Assembly: GCF_009914755.1 (NCBI RefSeq)
Contig: NC_060935.1
Origin: the human T2T-CHM13v2.0 reference genome, Homo sapiens
DNA: 64,000 bases
Direction: 5' to 3' (one strand)
Shown here: piece after piece, positions 1 to 12,490 of the stretch
Layout: each line of letters starts with the position of its first letter
How positions within the stretch are numbered: the first letter of the stretch is position 1
Notes under the pieces: model-generated
Told to the model about the DNA's origin: nothing
Seen by the model: the letters and a program-made list of their open reading frames with translations, nothing else
Databases searched by the model: none
Translations under genes and position numbers: made by a program

Positions 1-189
1 CTTATGACTCCTTTGTAGGTAATGGAACGTTACTTATTTAAGTAGTATCTCCATCTTTATGAAGGGAACAGAGTCTGTCTATTACTATTTTTTTTTACCT
101 TAACGTCCTGCTCAAAATCATAGTAGCCTTGTTACAGAAATTATTTCTCTTATGCAGATCTTTGTTTCAAGATGCATCACTGAAGCAGC

Positions 190-229
190 TTATAGAAACT
201 AGCATCCAATTATAGAAACTAGCATCCAA
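190..229. repeat. Perfect 20-bp tandem duplication (TTATAGAAACTAGCATCCAA x2)
   Basis: Two identical adjacent copies at 190-209 and 210-229. Confidence 0.95.
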
Positions 230-1009
230 AATAACCTAATCCTCAAATCTAATATCATTTCATTAATGGAAGGGCCTTGGATCAGACAGAGGCTACGGTT
301 AGAATTAAGGTGTCTGGGGTGATATTCAGTTGTCTTATAAAGGCTGTAATGATCAAAATCAAATCATTTCACTGCCGAGTTTCTATTTCCTCCTTAGAAA
401 AACAGGATCTCCCTCCTATATCCAAGTGCTGATGGACAACAGTTGACAAACATCCCCAAGTTGTTGCAATTATATGGTTGCCTTTTCTAGCAGCAACTTT
501 CTTAGTAAAAGGTTCTTAGGGGCTCAGTGTGGCTAAGGTAAAATTGCCTTTCATCTATTTCTTCCTTGCTTTCCAGATAATCCATGGCTAAAATTAGTAA
601 GGCTTAGTTCAGTAAAAAATACTGTTACAGCAGGGAGCCATGGAAACAGTGTTGGAGCCACTTCCCCTTCAGGGAGCTGCCTTTTGCAGGATATGACTTA
701 TTGCTGATCAAATGAAACAACTCACTGCATTTGAAGCTGGGGTTTGAAATTAGTTAAAAGCACAGGCAAATCTTTCAAAAGCACCATCCTTCCCGTTTTC
801 TTTTTCTTCTTTCATTCCATCCAGGAAAGAAAAATGTATCTCAAATTAAGTGTTGAATTTTGCTTTTGAATACAGTATGAGAAGATTAATCTACTGACCC
901 ACCATCCTGCATTTGAGGTGTCTTTTTGGTAGTTCTAGTGGACAATGATGTTAAAGGTAATTAATGCCTTCCTCTATACATTATTTTATAGTTTATAAAA
1001 AAGCTTCCC

Positions 1010-1170
1010 TGTGCACTGCCACTGAAGTCTTAGGATAACATCTCAAAGGCGGAGAACATGATGAGAAAACTCCCAATCAGATGAGGAAACTGAGGCTCAT
1101 CCAGGCTTGTTGACTCAGCTTGTGACAGGAGGAAATAAGATGAAAGTTTACATCTATCACCTGTGATTCC
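1010..1170 (-). mobile_element. MIR SINE fragment
   Basis: Contains the antisense MIR core CAGATGAGGAAACTGAGGCTCA; boundaries approximate. Confidence 0.6.
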
Positions 1171-1818
1171 ATCCTCTGATCTCCTTGTGACTGGGGTACC
1201 AAACTGATATGACAGAGGGTAGGAAAGCTTCAAATAAGTAGAACTGACTCTCCATGGCCAGAATTGTAATTGCTTAAGTCTATATTTGGCAAACGTTCAG
1301 CTTTGCTGTGGTCAACCTCCCTGAATCTACCAGGGTCTCCCCTACCTTAGAAAGCAGAGCCCTCCTGATGCCCCCTGGGAAGAAGCCAGAATTGGGATGC
1401 TACATTCTGATCTGTTTGTCCTTTGTCCAAAGGACTCTTCCTCTGAATCTTTATTTTCTTCCAATTTCCACGACCCCTGCTTATCTGAGTTCACCCCTTT
1501 CCTCCTGGTCTCTGCTCCTCTGAGAAAGGTATCTAAGAAGTTAATTCATCTAAATGTGTTCATAAAGCCTGATGAATTAATGGATCTCAGGACAGAGACT
1601 TTTGCATTTTAACAGATACCCTAATTGCTGTGGCTTGACTTAAGGGCTCCTTAATGCAAGTTTGGTCAACTTCACCAAGGTCAGGTGTGTCAAAAATAAA
1701 ATGAGATCAGGATAGAAAAATGTCTGTAGTGTGCATACAAAAGAATAGTTCTGGAATTAGGATACCTCAAGCCAAAGTGATATGAGGCCCCACTGACAGC
1801 ACTTGCAGTCCAGTTTAA

Positions 1819-2008
1819 AAGGGGAACATCACACACAGGGGCCTGTTGTGGTGTGGGGGGAGGGGGGGAGGGATAGCATTAGGAGATATACCTAATGTAA
1901 ATGACAAGTTAATGGGTGCAGCACACCAACATGGCACATGTATCCATATGTAACAAACCTGCATGTTGTGCACATGTACCCTAGAACTTAAAGTATAATT
2001 TAAAAAAA
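1819..2008 (+). mobile_element. L1PA (about L1PA4-5) 3' end, heavily 5'-truncated
   Basis: GGGGAACATCACACAC, G-rich tract, ...CACATGTACCCTAGAACTTAAAGTATAAT plus A tail; preceded by a TTT/AAAA L1 endonuclease-type site. Confidence 0.95.
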
Positions 2009-2694
2009 GAGGTTATAATACTTTTGAAGAAGAATAAAAAAACAAAATAAAATAAATGCAAAAAATAAATAAAATAAAAAGTGTAAAGAAAAAAGTATTT
2101 TGATCTTTTTCTTGATTTACTGTCATATATTAACAGGCTTTTAAAGGCAAGCAGAGCTGTTTAAGCTGATTCATCTATAGAAGGTTGGTTTAATTTCATT
2201 GAATTATGCTAACAGTGATAAAAAGTTTATGTTTTGCATTTCATTTCTAATTAGAGCTAGCATTTTGGAGAGATCAGGACAGTTTAGGATTTGGCTATGT
2301 GACTATGGGCAGTTGGTTTGGGGATATATCTAAACTGTGGCCTCCATTTTTATTTTCCTTTAACAGGAGTCAGATCCCAATGTCCTCAAGTAGGGCCACA
2401 ATGGGGCTTGAAGGGTGATAATTTTAGGGAAAATGGGCATTTAATAAACTACTCTTGTTGACTATTTTTCTCTTTTGCAGTTCGTTCAGTAGTGCATCCT
2501 CAGGAGACTGCAGCTTGTATTAGTTGAAGGATTTAATATTATTTTAATCCTTATTACCAGTGGAATTTATCATGCAGGTTTCCTGTCCTCTCGCCATTTT
2601 ACTCCCCACCCCCATCCTAAATGCTGCTGTAGCTTCCCTGGAACCTCTGGGGCCAGGGTGGGGATTCCAACTGCTGCAGCCACTGCAGTCACAC

Positions 2695-3049
2695 TGTATT
2701 AGTCCATTTTCACACTGCTGATAAAGACATACCAGAGACTGGGAAGAAAAAGAAGTTTAATTAGACTCACAGTTCCACATGGCTGGGGAGTCCTCAGAAT
2801 CATGGCAGGAGGTGAAAAGTACTTCTTACATAATGGCAGCAAGAGAAAATGAGGAAGATGCAAAAGTGGAAACCCCTGATAAAACCATCAGACCTCATGA
2901 GACTTATTCACCACCACAAGAATAGTATGGGGGAAACTGCCCCCATGATTCAAATTATCTCCCACCGGGTTCCTCCCGCAACACATGGGAATTATGGGAG
3001 TACGATTCAAGATGAGATTTGGGTGGAGACGCAGAGCCAAACCATATCA
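2695..3049 (-). mobile_element. THE1 (THE1C-like) MaLR solo LTR
   Basis: TGTATTAGTCCATTTTCACACTGCTGATAAAGAC...GCCAAACCATATCA is the full antisense THE1 LTR; perfect 5-bp TSD CACAC (2690-2694, 3050-3054). Confidence 0.95.
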
Positions 3050-3569
3050 CACACCATGTGGCTGGCTTTCTTCTCGCCCCCTGATGCCTGCCCACAGAGG
3101 TCCTTCATTGAATCCATAAGCTATGCAGTGCTTCATGAGGTTGAAAAGGAAAAGTACTGACACAGTGTGGTTTTCTTGTCCCAGGGTGTATCTGATATTG
3201 TCACATTGGGTTTTGTTTCCATTCAATACATGAGATAGATTTTTCAAAATGATGATTAGTTTCATGAGCTTTCAAAATTTTTGTCATTATCACAGGCTCA
3301 TGTGGCTATTCTCCACCCTCTGTTCTCAAAGCACGAGAACCACTAGCATCACGAAAGGCTCTTATCAGATGAAGTCATTCATAATAAGCTGCAAGAGAAG
3401 GTGTGTCAGGCAGCATAGCCCTCACTGTCAAATTCACTCTGTACAACAGGGTAGAGAAGACAACCACACACATGACTTACATTTCTTTGCCAGAAATGGT
3501 TTATTCTGAGTATACGACATTAATGGCTTCTTCTTTTGTGAAATCTTCCTTGTGTCTCTCCCACCCTCC

Positions 3570-3722
3570 ACTCTGCTGTCTGGGCTCCCATAGTGTCCTA
3601 TACTCACCTCTAAGGTCTTATCAACTGTCTTATATTTGTCCTTTTTCTTAGCTTCTTCCTGAGAGGAATAAGTGTTTATTATCTTTATAATCCCAATTTC
3701 TACTATGATAGCTATTGAATGA
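3570..3722 (+). mobile_element. L2 3'-end fragment
   Basis: Degenerate match to the L2 3' terminus ending ...TATTGAATGA. Confidence 0.45.
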
Positions 3723-4877
3723 GTTTAGACTAAAGGCTTGCATGAAAATACAGATGATGAATACATCTCATCTCACACGTTAATTCTCATCAGCTAAAAG
3801 TGGCTGCCTAGTAATAGTGCAGCAGTTGATTACTAATGCCTGGCATGGGCAGGGTCTGGAATCCTGGTGGCTCTAGTCTAGGGGTAGATGCATACCATCT
3901 CTAAATTAAAGAATGCATGGCACATTATGAACTCTAGCATGCCATGACTTTTTCATATCTGGTCCCATCTTAAAAGGACTATATTTAAAAGTCTGACTGG
4001 ATGGGTGTAGATTCAGAAGGCTCTTCTGCTTACATTTTCATCTTTTTTCCTCTATTCCTAATACAGAGGTTCTTAGTGTCTATAAACCTCTGTAATCTCA
4101 GGTAAATTCTTTAGAAAAAGAAATGCAGCCCTGCAATACACTTTTTGAAAATTCTTGCCTCTTCAGTTGAAGTATTGTGAAATAGGACAAAATATGAATA
4201 AAACATTGTGAAATGTTTCACATTTTAGATATGTTGAATTCCATATCCCAAGAAAAAAAATTACAAGTTTTGAGGATTTTATTTCTAAGAATGTGATATC
4301 TAATTTCTACATCTAAAAATATATTAGGTTCCTGTATTACCTCATATTTGTTATCATAATAAAAATAATTATTAACATACTAATATACATAAATAGTAAT
4401 ATATAATTGTATAACACATGTATATTGCTTTAAATGTGTATAAACACATATATATTGCTTTTTATTAAATAAATGATTAGGTACATGTATTTGATTATGT
4501 GTTACAATGTTTCTGGTAGACATCTGGCAAAACTGGTATCTTATGAACATTTACATTTCTTTCAACTGAAATGTATACATAATTAGCTTATATGTCTAAC
4601 CCAGAAAAGTGACTGTTTTTCTCATTTAAGGAAATAAATCATTACTGATGACTCTATTAATAATGAAAATCCAATCATAGCATTTACAAAATATAAAATT
4701 GCTGTTAAATAAAGTAATACAGAAGAATGATGTTCTGTGGTAAAATGGCCTGGTTCTAAAGGTCTTAATTGGCGTGAGAAAATGACTATGCTTGATGTAT
4801 GAATGCTCACTCCCTTTTGAGGCTCTAAGAAACATCCATGCTGTATCAAACTCAATATTCATTAATTTTATTGGCCA

Positions 4878-5300
4878 TGGCAGAGACAGCTAGTGACCTC
4901 CCAATAACTACTCCCACCTTCTTTTAGCAGTAGAGCCCTCAAGTTTTAGCCAGTCATATGCATTTTCCAGCTTCAATTTCAGCTAGATGTGATCATGTGA
5001 CTAAATTCTGACTAATGGATTAGGAAGAGAAGTGATGTTTACAATTGGCAGTTGTGTCTTCCGCTTCCTTTTCCCTCTGTCCACTAGCCAGGACGTGAAG
5101 ACTTTGCACTGGGAACCTGAGACATCATCTCAGACCAAAGGGGAATCCTGTACATTGATAGCAAACCTATGAGATAGAAAAAGTCTGGGTTCCTGATATT
5201 ATGGAGCTTCCATGTCAGTCCTGGCCTGCCTATGCTCAGATTATCATATGTGTGAGAGAGAAATTTCTCTCTTGTTTCAATCACCAGTTTTTGTTTCAAA
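4878..5300 (+). mobile_element. LTR33-like ancient ERVL LTR
   Basis: TGGCAGAGACAGCTAG...CAGCTAGATGTGATCATGTGACTAAATTCTGACTAATGG...CTGGGTTCCTGA resembles LTR33. Confidence 0.7.
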
Positions 5301-5621
5301 AACCAAACCATTTGACTTTGGTTCTATCTTAACTCTTCCAGTGGCTTCTTTCTGTCACTCTTCCTAATGAGACCACTAAATCGAGGGTGTTTTTCCTGTA
5401 GTGGGGGCAGCTTTGGAAGACTATATCAAAGGAATGGAAAAGATGGGTCCTGAATCACAAAGTCAAAGTAACATCCACAGACTGGTAGGTAGTTGTGATC
5501 TCCTAACTCACTTTACAACTGGGATGGAATGGTTGGGATTAAGGGCTTTCCTGTAAGATACACTTGGGTTTGAATACTGAGTATGCCTTGGAATCTGTCT
5601 TTATTGACTAATTTTATTGGC

Positions 5622-5980
5622 TGTATCAGAGATGGTAAGTTTTTGCTACAAATCAATTTCCCCCTCTTTTATAAATAAATAATAAAGCCTCCAAGATTTT
5701 TCTGGGCTCATGCCACTCAAAGTCTGCGTTTTCCAACTTCCCTTTCAGTAGCCATATGGCTAGGGTTGGCTTCATGAGCCTGAAACCTCTGCAGTCACAC
5801 AGGGTCCCCCACTCAGAAGGGCACCACTCAGAAGGGCATCATGCTTGGTTTAATGCTCTGCTATTACTGGATTGAAATTCTTAATAATTTTTGAACAAGG
5901 GTCTTTGCATTTGAATTATGTACTGAGACCTCTAAATTATGCAGCTTGTCCTACATGTGCCTAATGGAATGTGAATGGGA
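5622..5980 (+). mobile_element. Second LTR33-like 5' fragment, interrupted by MER45A
   Basis: Degenerate LTR33-like start; similarity resumes (CATGTGCCTAATGGAATGTGA) after the MER45A. Confidence 0.45.
5761..5953 (+). mobile_element. MER45A non-autonomous hAT-Tip100 DNA transposon
   Basis: TAGGGTTGGCTTCATG...TTGGTTTAATGCTCTGCT...GAAATTCTTAATAATTTTTGAACAAGGG...GTCCTA; terminal inverted ends; degenerate 8-bp TSD CATATGGC/CATGTGCC. Confidence 0.85.
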
Positions 5981-5994
5981 ACTTGGAACATTTG

Positions 5995-6140
5995 TTTAGT
6001 ATGGAGCCTATATTTTCTCATCTAAAATGGGGACAAATACATAGATGTATGTATTATATATAATGGGGACTTATATATATGAAATTAAATGAAATAAAAA
6101 TATAGTAGGAGAATACATGTCACAAAGTACTCAACAAATG
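5995..6140 (+). mobile_element. MIR fragment
   Basis: TTTTCTCATCTAAAATGGGGA core and ...GTACTCAACAAATG end. Confidence 0.55.
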
Positions 6141-6964
6141 CAGACTTTTTAAAACTGAGACAAGCTAATATTTTTCCCATAATCACTATGATCCCATGAC
6201 ACTAAACCAAACTCCTATGAAAACTTGAGCATATTCCTAATCTGATAGAGGATAGGGATACAAAGAGTAATATCATGTATATATTTTGCCTATGAATAAA
6301 ACAATTAGATAATCATTTACTTCCCAGTACACTGCCCCAGATGTTGGGGAATCCCAGAAATAGGAAGGAGACTCATAGAGAACTTACAAGCTAAAAGGTG
6401 AGCCAGAAACACACATACATAGCTGTAGTACAGGGTATGAGTGGGTTGCCGGTATAGTACACTATGACTTTGGGAGAAAGGAGTGTCTGGGAAAGTGACT
6501 TCATGGATGGCTGGATCATAGGCTCAGGCAGGAGATACGTGGCACATTTAGGACATTTTTGTGGTCAGAATTGAGGGGGTTCTACCATTAGTCTACCTTG
6601 ACCTGAAGTGCATAGGCTTTAAAAACCTCATTTCTCCAGAAATCAAGTTTTCTGAGAGAAAACATCACCTAGGACAGGCAGCAATGAGGAAGAGTTGGAG
6701 GGAATGATGAGGCCTGAAGATGGGGGCTGAAGGAAAAGGTTGTCAGTAAGGCAAACATTGAGAAGACGCTGAGAAAGGGATTCTAGAAAAGTGAGCTACA
6801 TGAGCCTCAGCTCCTACACTACAGCGAAGTAAACATCCTCTCTAAACAGAGATGCCTCCTTCCCCAGTGACTCAAGACAGACACATTAAGCAGCTGGTTG
6901 TGGGCTCTGCTGCAATGAACTTCCTGAAGGAAGCACAGTAAGAGGAAGGGAAATGGAAATTATG

Positions 6965-7135
6965 ACACTAGTAATACTAAGCACCGGCATTTAACCATCA
7001 CAAGAACCTTATGAGACAGATACCATTATCATTTCCATCTTCTGAGATTGCATAGCCAGTTCCTGAAGGAGCTGGACCTGAGCAGACAGTTGGCTGACTT
7101 CAAACCTGTGTACTTCACTGCATTATTATATACTA
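6965..7135 (-). mobile_element. MIR fragment
   Basis: CACAAGAACCTTATGAGACAGATACCATTATCATTTCCAT...CTGACTTCAAACC, antisense MIR. Confidence 0.6.
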
Positions 7136-7796
7136 TTCCCATGGTTAAGCTACAGTATTTGTAAGAGAAATCCTCTTATTTTATGGGCTTTAACAGTGGA
7201 AAACATGAGTTTCCAAGTGACCAAAATGAACAGGTTGAAGATATTTTTAGTTGGAGTATTAGTTTAAGGCAGGGATGTTTCATGCCAGTCTTACACTGAA
7301 ATGGTCCTTAATAAAAGGTGCTATAGTTTGGATGTTTGACCCCTCCAAATCTTATGTTGAAATTTTATCTCCAATGTTGGAGGTTGGGCCTAATAGGTTG
7401 GAGGTTTGGGTCATGGGGTCAGATTCCTTATGAATACATTAATGCCTACCCTCTCTGGATGAGGGGGTGGGGGGATAAGTGATTTCTTACTTTCATTAGT
7501 TCCTGTGAGAACTGGTTGTTAAAAAAGAGGCTGCCTCCTCCCCTGCCACTCTTTGTTATTTCCTCTCTCACCATATGATCTCTGCATATACCCCTTCACC
7601 TTGTGCCATGAGTGAAAGCAGCCTGAGGTTTTCACCATATTCCCAGTCTTCCAGCCAGAAGAATCATGAGCCAAGTAAACCTATTTTCTTCAGAGCACAT
7701 CTTGCTATTTTGATTTCAGACAAAACAGACTTTAAACCAACAATGATCAAAAAGAACAGAATTGCATAATGGTAAAGGGTTCAATTCAACATGAAG

Positions 7797-7830
7797 ATAT
7801 ATATATATATACACACACACACATACACGC
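7797..7830. repeat. (AT)n(AC)n microsatellite inside L1 ORF2
   Basis: ATATATATATATATACACACACACACATACACGC. Confidence 0.9.
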
Positions 7831-10800
7831 AACACTGAAGCACCTAGATTTATAAAACAAGTTTGTAGAGACATGAAGAGGCTTAGATAACCATGAAGTA
7901 ATAGTGGGAGACTTCAACACCCCATTGACAGTATTGGACAGATCATCAAGGCAGAATTCTAACAAAGGTATTCATGACCTAAACTTGACACTTGACCAAA
8001 TAAACCTAACACACATCTCCAGAACACTCCATGCAATAACAGCAGAATATACATTCTTCTCATCTGCGCATGGCACATCCTCTAACATTGACCACATGCT
8101 CAACAATTCTCAACAAATTCAAACAACCTGAAATTATATCAACCACCCTCTCAGACCACAGTGCAATAAAAATAGAAATCAATACCAAGAAGAGTTTTCA
8201 AAACCATATAATTAAATGGAAATTAAGCAATCTGCTCCTGAATGACTTTGAGTAGATAATGAAATTAAGGCAGAAATCAAGAAACTCTTTGAAAATAATA
8301 AAAACAAAGATACAACACACCAGAATCTTTGAGACACAGCTAAAGTTGTGTTAAGTGGAAAGTTGATAGTGCTAAACAGCCAATCAAAAAGTTAGAAATA
8401 TCTCAAATTAATAACCTAACATCACAGCTAGAGGAACTAGAAAAACAAGAGCAAACCAACCCCAACGCTAGCAAAAGAAAAGATACAACTGAAATCAGAG
8501 CTAGACTGAACACAATGGAAATGAGAAAAATCATACAAAAGATCAATGAAATCAAAAGTTGGTTATTTGGAAAAAGAAATAAGATTGGTAGACCACTAGC
8601 TAGGCTAATAAAAAAGAGAGTGAGGATGCAAATAAGCACAATTAGAAATGAAAAAGAGGACATTACCACCAAACCCATAGAAATGCAAAAATTTCTCAGT
8701 GACTATTATGAACCTCTTCATGCACACGAACTGGAAAATCAAGAAGAAATGGATAAATCCCCGGAAATATACAACCTTCCAAGATTGAACAGAGAAGAAA
8801 TGGAAACCCTGAACAGACCAATAACAAGTTCCAAAATTAAATCAGTAGTAAAAAAAAATACCAACTAGAAAAAGCCCTGTATCAGACAGATTCACAGCCA
8901 AATTCTACCAGACATATAATGAAGAGCTGGTACCAATTCTACAGAAACTATTCCAAAAATTCAAGGAGAAGGAGCTCCTCCCTCACTCATTCTATGAGGC
9001 CAGCATCATTCTGATTCCAAAACCTGGCAGAGAGCAGAGTGAAAAAAGAAAACTTCAGTCCAATATCCCTGATGAACATAGATGCAAAAATCCTCAACAA
9101 AATACTAGCAAACCAAATCCAGCAGCACATCGAAAAGGTAATCCACCACAATCAAGTAGGCTTCATCCCTGGGATGCAAGGTTGGCTCAACATATGCTAA
9201 TGATCAATAAATGTGATTCATCACATAAACAGAACTAAAACTAAAAACTATATAATTATCTGAATAGACACAGAAAAGGCTTTTGATAAAATTTAAAGTC
9301 CTTTCATGGTAAAGCTCTCAAGAAACTAAATATTGAAGGACTATTCCTCAAAATAATAACAGCCATCTATGACAAATCCACAGTCAACATCATACTGAAC
9401 ACATAAAAACTGGAACCATTCGCCTTGAGAGCCAGAACAAGACAAGGATGCCCACTATCACCACTCCTACTCAACATAGTACTGGAAGTGTAGCCAGAAC
9501 AATCAAGCAAGGGAAAGAAAGAAAGGGCATCCAAATAGGAAAAGAGGGAGTCAAATTATCTCTCTTCACAGATGATATGATTTTAGGCCTAGAAAACCCC
9601 ATAGTCTCTGCTCAAAGGCTCCTAAATCTGATAAACAACTTCAGCTAAGTTTCAGAATAAAAAATAAATGTAAAAAATCAGTAGCATTTCTGTATACCAA
9701 CAATGTCCAAGCTGAGAGTGAAATCAAGAATGCAATCCCATTCCCAATAGCCACAAAAAGAATAAAATAGCTAGGAATACAGGTACCCAGGGAATTGAAA
9801 TATCTCTACCACAAGAATTACAAAACACTGCTGAAAGAAATCAGAGACAACACAAACAAATGGAAAAACATCCCATACTCATGGATAGGAACAATGATTA
9901 TTGTTAAAATGGCCATACTGCCCAAATAAATGTATAGATTCAATGTTATTCCATTAAACTATCAATGACCTATCAAACTATCAATGACATTATTCACAGA
10001 ATTAGAAAAAAAACTGTTACAAAATTCACTGAGAACCAAAAGAGAGTCTGAATAGCCAAAGCTGAAGCAAAAAGAACAAAGCTGGATTCATCACACCACC
10101 TGACTTCAAGCTATACTGTAAGGCTACAGCAACTAAAACAGCATGGTACTGGTATGAAAACAGACACATAGACCAATGAAACAGATTTGAGAACCCAGAA
10201 ATAAAGCTGCACACTTACAACCATCTGATCTTTGACATAGATGACAAAAACAAGCAATAGGGAAAGAACACCCTGTTCAACAAATGGTGCAGGTATAACT
10301 GGCTAACTATATGCAGAAGACTGAAACTGGACTCCTACCTTTCACCACATACAAAAATCAACTCAAGATGATTTAAAGACTTAATCTAAACCTAAAACTA
10401 TAAGAAACCTAGAAGAAAATATAGGAAATGCTGTTCTGGACATCAGCCCTAGCAAAGACTTCATGATAAAGACTCAAAAAGCAATTGCAAAAAAACCCAT
10501 GTCGAAAATGGACAAGTGGAACCTAATTAAACTAAAGAGCTTCTGCACAGCCAAAAACAAACAAACAAACAAACAAAAAAACAACCAGCAGAGTAAACAG
10601 ACAACCTACAGAATGGGATAAAATATTTGCAAACTATGCATCTGTTAAAGCTCTAATATCCAGAATCTACAGGGAACTTAAACAAATCAACAAGCAACAA
10701 CCAACCAACCTCATTTTAAAAATGGGCAAAGGGCTTCTTTCAAAAGAAGACACACACATGGCCAACAAATATATGAACAAATGCTCAGTATCCCTAATCA

Positions 10801-11319
10801 TTAGGGTAATGCAAATCCAAGCCACAATGAGATACTATCTTACAACAGTAAGAGTGGCTATCATTAAAGGAAAAAATAACAGACTGTAGCAAGGTTGCAG
10901 AGAAAAGGGAATGTTTATACACTGCTGGTGGGAGTGTAAATTAGTTAAGCCACTGTGGAAAGCAGTCTAATGATTTTTCAAAAAAAAAAAAAAAAAACCT
11001 TAAAGTAGAACTACCATTCAACCCAGCAATCCCATCACCCACCACTGAGTATATATCCAAAGGAGTATAAATTGTTCTACCATAAAGACACATGCATGTG
11101 TATGTTTATCACAGCACTATTCAAAATAGCAAAGACATAGAATCAACCTAGATGCCCATCAATGGTGCACTGCATAAAGAAAATGTGGTACATATACAGC
11201 ATGGCATACTATGCAGCCATAAAAAAGAATGAAATTATGTCCTTTGCAGTGACACTGATGAAGCTGGCGGCCATTATCCTAAGGAGAACAGAAAACTAAA
11301 TACTGCATATTCTCACTTA

Positions 11320-11563
11320 TAAGTTTGAGCTGAAAACTGAGTACTCATGGACACAAAGAAGTGAACAGTAGACACCAAGGCCTACTTGAGGGTGGAGGTT
11401 GATAGTAGGGTGAGGATTGAAAAATTCCCTATCAGGTATTGTAAGTTTGAGCTGAAAACTGAGTACTCATGGACACAAAGAAGTGAACAGTAAACACCAA
11501 GGCCTACTTGAGGGTGGAGGGTGATAGTAGGGTAAGGATTGAAAAATTCCCTATCAGGTATTA
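11320..11563. repeat. 122-bp tandem duplication in the L1 3'UTR
   Basis: Copies 11320-11441 and 11442-11563 differ at 4 positions by eye. Confidence 0.95.
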
Positions 11564-11766
11564 TGCTGATTATCTGGCTGACAAAATAATCTGTACATAA
11601 AATTTCAATGGCATGCAATTCACCTATGTAACAAACCTGCATATGTACTCCTGGAACCTAAATTAAAAGTTGGAATGAAAAAAAATTACTCTTTTCATTA
11701 TAAATTACCCAAACTCGGTATTCCTCTACAGCAACATAAATGGACTAAGACAAAAGGCCTCAAAGT

Positions 11767-12067
11767 GGCCAGGTGCAGTGACTCTCACTTGTAATCCCAG
11801 CACTTTGGGAGGGTGAGGCGGGCAGATCACCTGAGGTCAGGTGTTTGAGACCAGCCTGGCCAACATGGTGAAACCCCATCTCTAGTAAACATACAAAAAT
11901 TAGCTGGATGTCATGGTGTGCACCTGTAATCCCAGCTACTCAGGAGGTTGAGGCAGGATAATTGCTTGAACCTGGGAGGCAGAGGTTGCAATGAGCCAAG
12001 ATCACCCCCACTGTATTCCAGCCCAGCCTGGGAGACAGAGCGAGACTCCATCTTAAGAAAAAAAAAA
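11767..12067 (+). mobile_element. AluS (Sx/Sz-like), full length
   Basis: GGCCAGGTGCAGTG... dimeric Alu with A tail; TSD core GCCTCAAAGT on both sides. Confidence 0.97.
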
Positions 12068-12137
12068 GCCTCAAAGTCATACTTCTGAAGGCATACAAGG
12101 AATGCCTTCAGAAGTTTGACTTTGCCATAGTTAAGTC

Positions 12138-12490
12138 ATCCATCCATTTAACAACAATGTATTGAGAACGTCCTGCGTGTCAAGTGCTGTTCTGAGTACT
12201 GGAATGTAACGGTGAACAAGAACTTGGCATAGTCTCTATCTTCAAAGAACTTACTTCATCTATTACTTAAGGTTGAAGCCGAATTGAGGCCAGTTTACTA
12301 AGGACCTGTGTCCCTATTTAGTAGTCTGGAGTTTATTCTGAGGACAATGGAGATTCATTCAAACGTCTGAACTAGAAGAGTAACTTGAGATTTATATCAC
12401 TTACATGTCATCCTGGAAATACTGTGGGGAAGGATTAGAGTAAGAGAAGACTAGAGACAGGAAGTCTAGCTGGTAAACTAGAGGCATCTT
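12138..12490 (-). mobile_element. L2 fragment(s)
   Basis: CATCCATCCATTTAACAACAATGTATTGAG...GTGCTGTTCTGAGTACTGG, antisense L2 3' end. Confidence 0.7.

Larger units (their letters stand above)
7691..11685 (+). mobile_element. L1PA15/16-like LINE-1, 5'-truncated within the ORF2 endonuclease domain, decayed ORF2
   Basis: ORF2 fragments in the track ([38 protein letters not shown]); old-L1PA-type 3'UTR ending AACCTAAATTAAAAGTT plus A tail; many stops and frameshifts. Confidence 0.95.
7319..11752 (+). mobile_element. MST (MSTB-like) MaLR solo LTR split by an L1 (LTR parts 7319-7690 and about 11686-11752)
   Basis: Starts TGCTATAGTTTGGATGTTTG; resumes after the L1 as TATAAATTACCCA...GGACTAAGACA; 5-bp TSD AAAGG at 7314-7318 and 11753-11757. 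Confidence 0.9.

Noticed and set aside
1851-1873. G-quadruplex-like tract (also 15718-15740, minus)
   Set aside because: Standard L1 3'UTR G-rich tract.
2009-2080. Possible L1 3' transduction (short unique stretch plus second A-rich tail)
   Set aside because: No unambiguous TSD; AAAAG(G/A)GG fits directly after the first A tail, so the second A-rich tract may predate the insertion. Unresolved without an empty-site ortholog.
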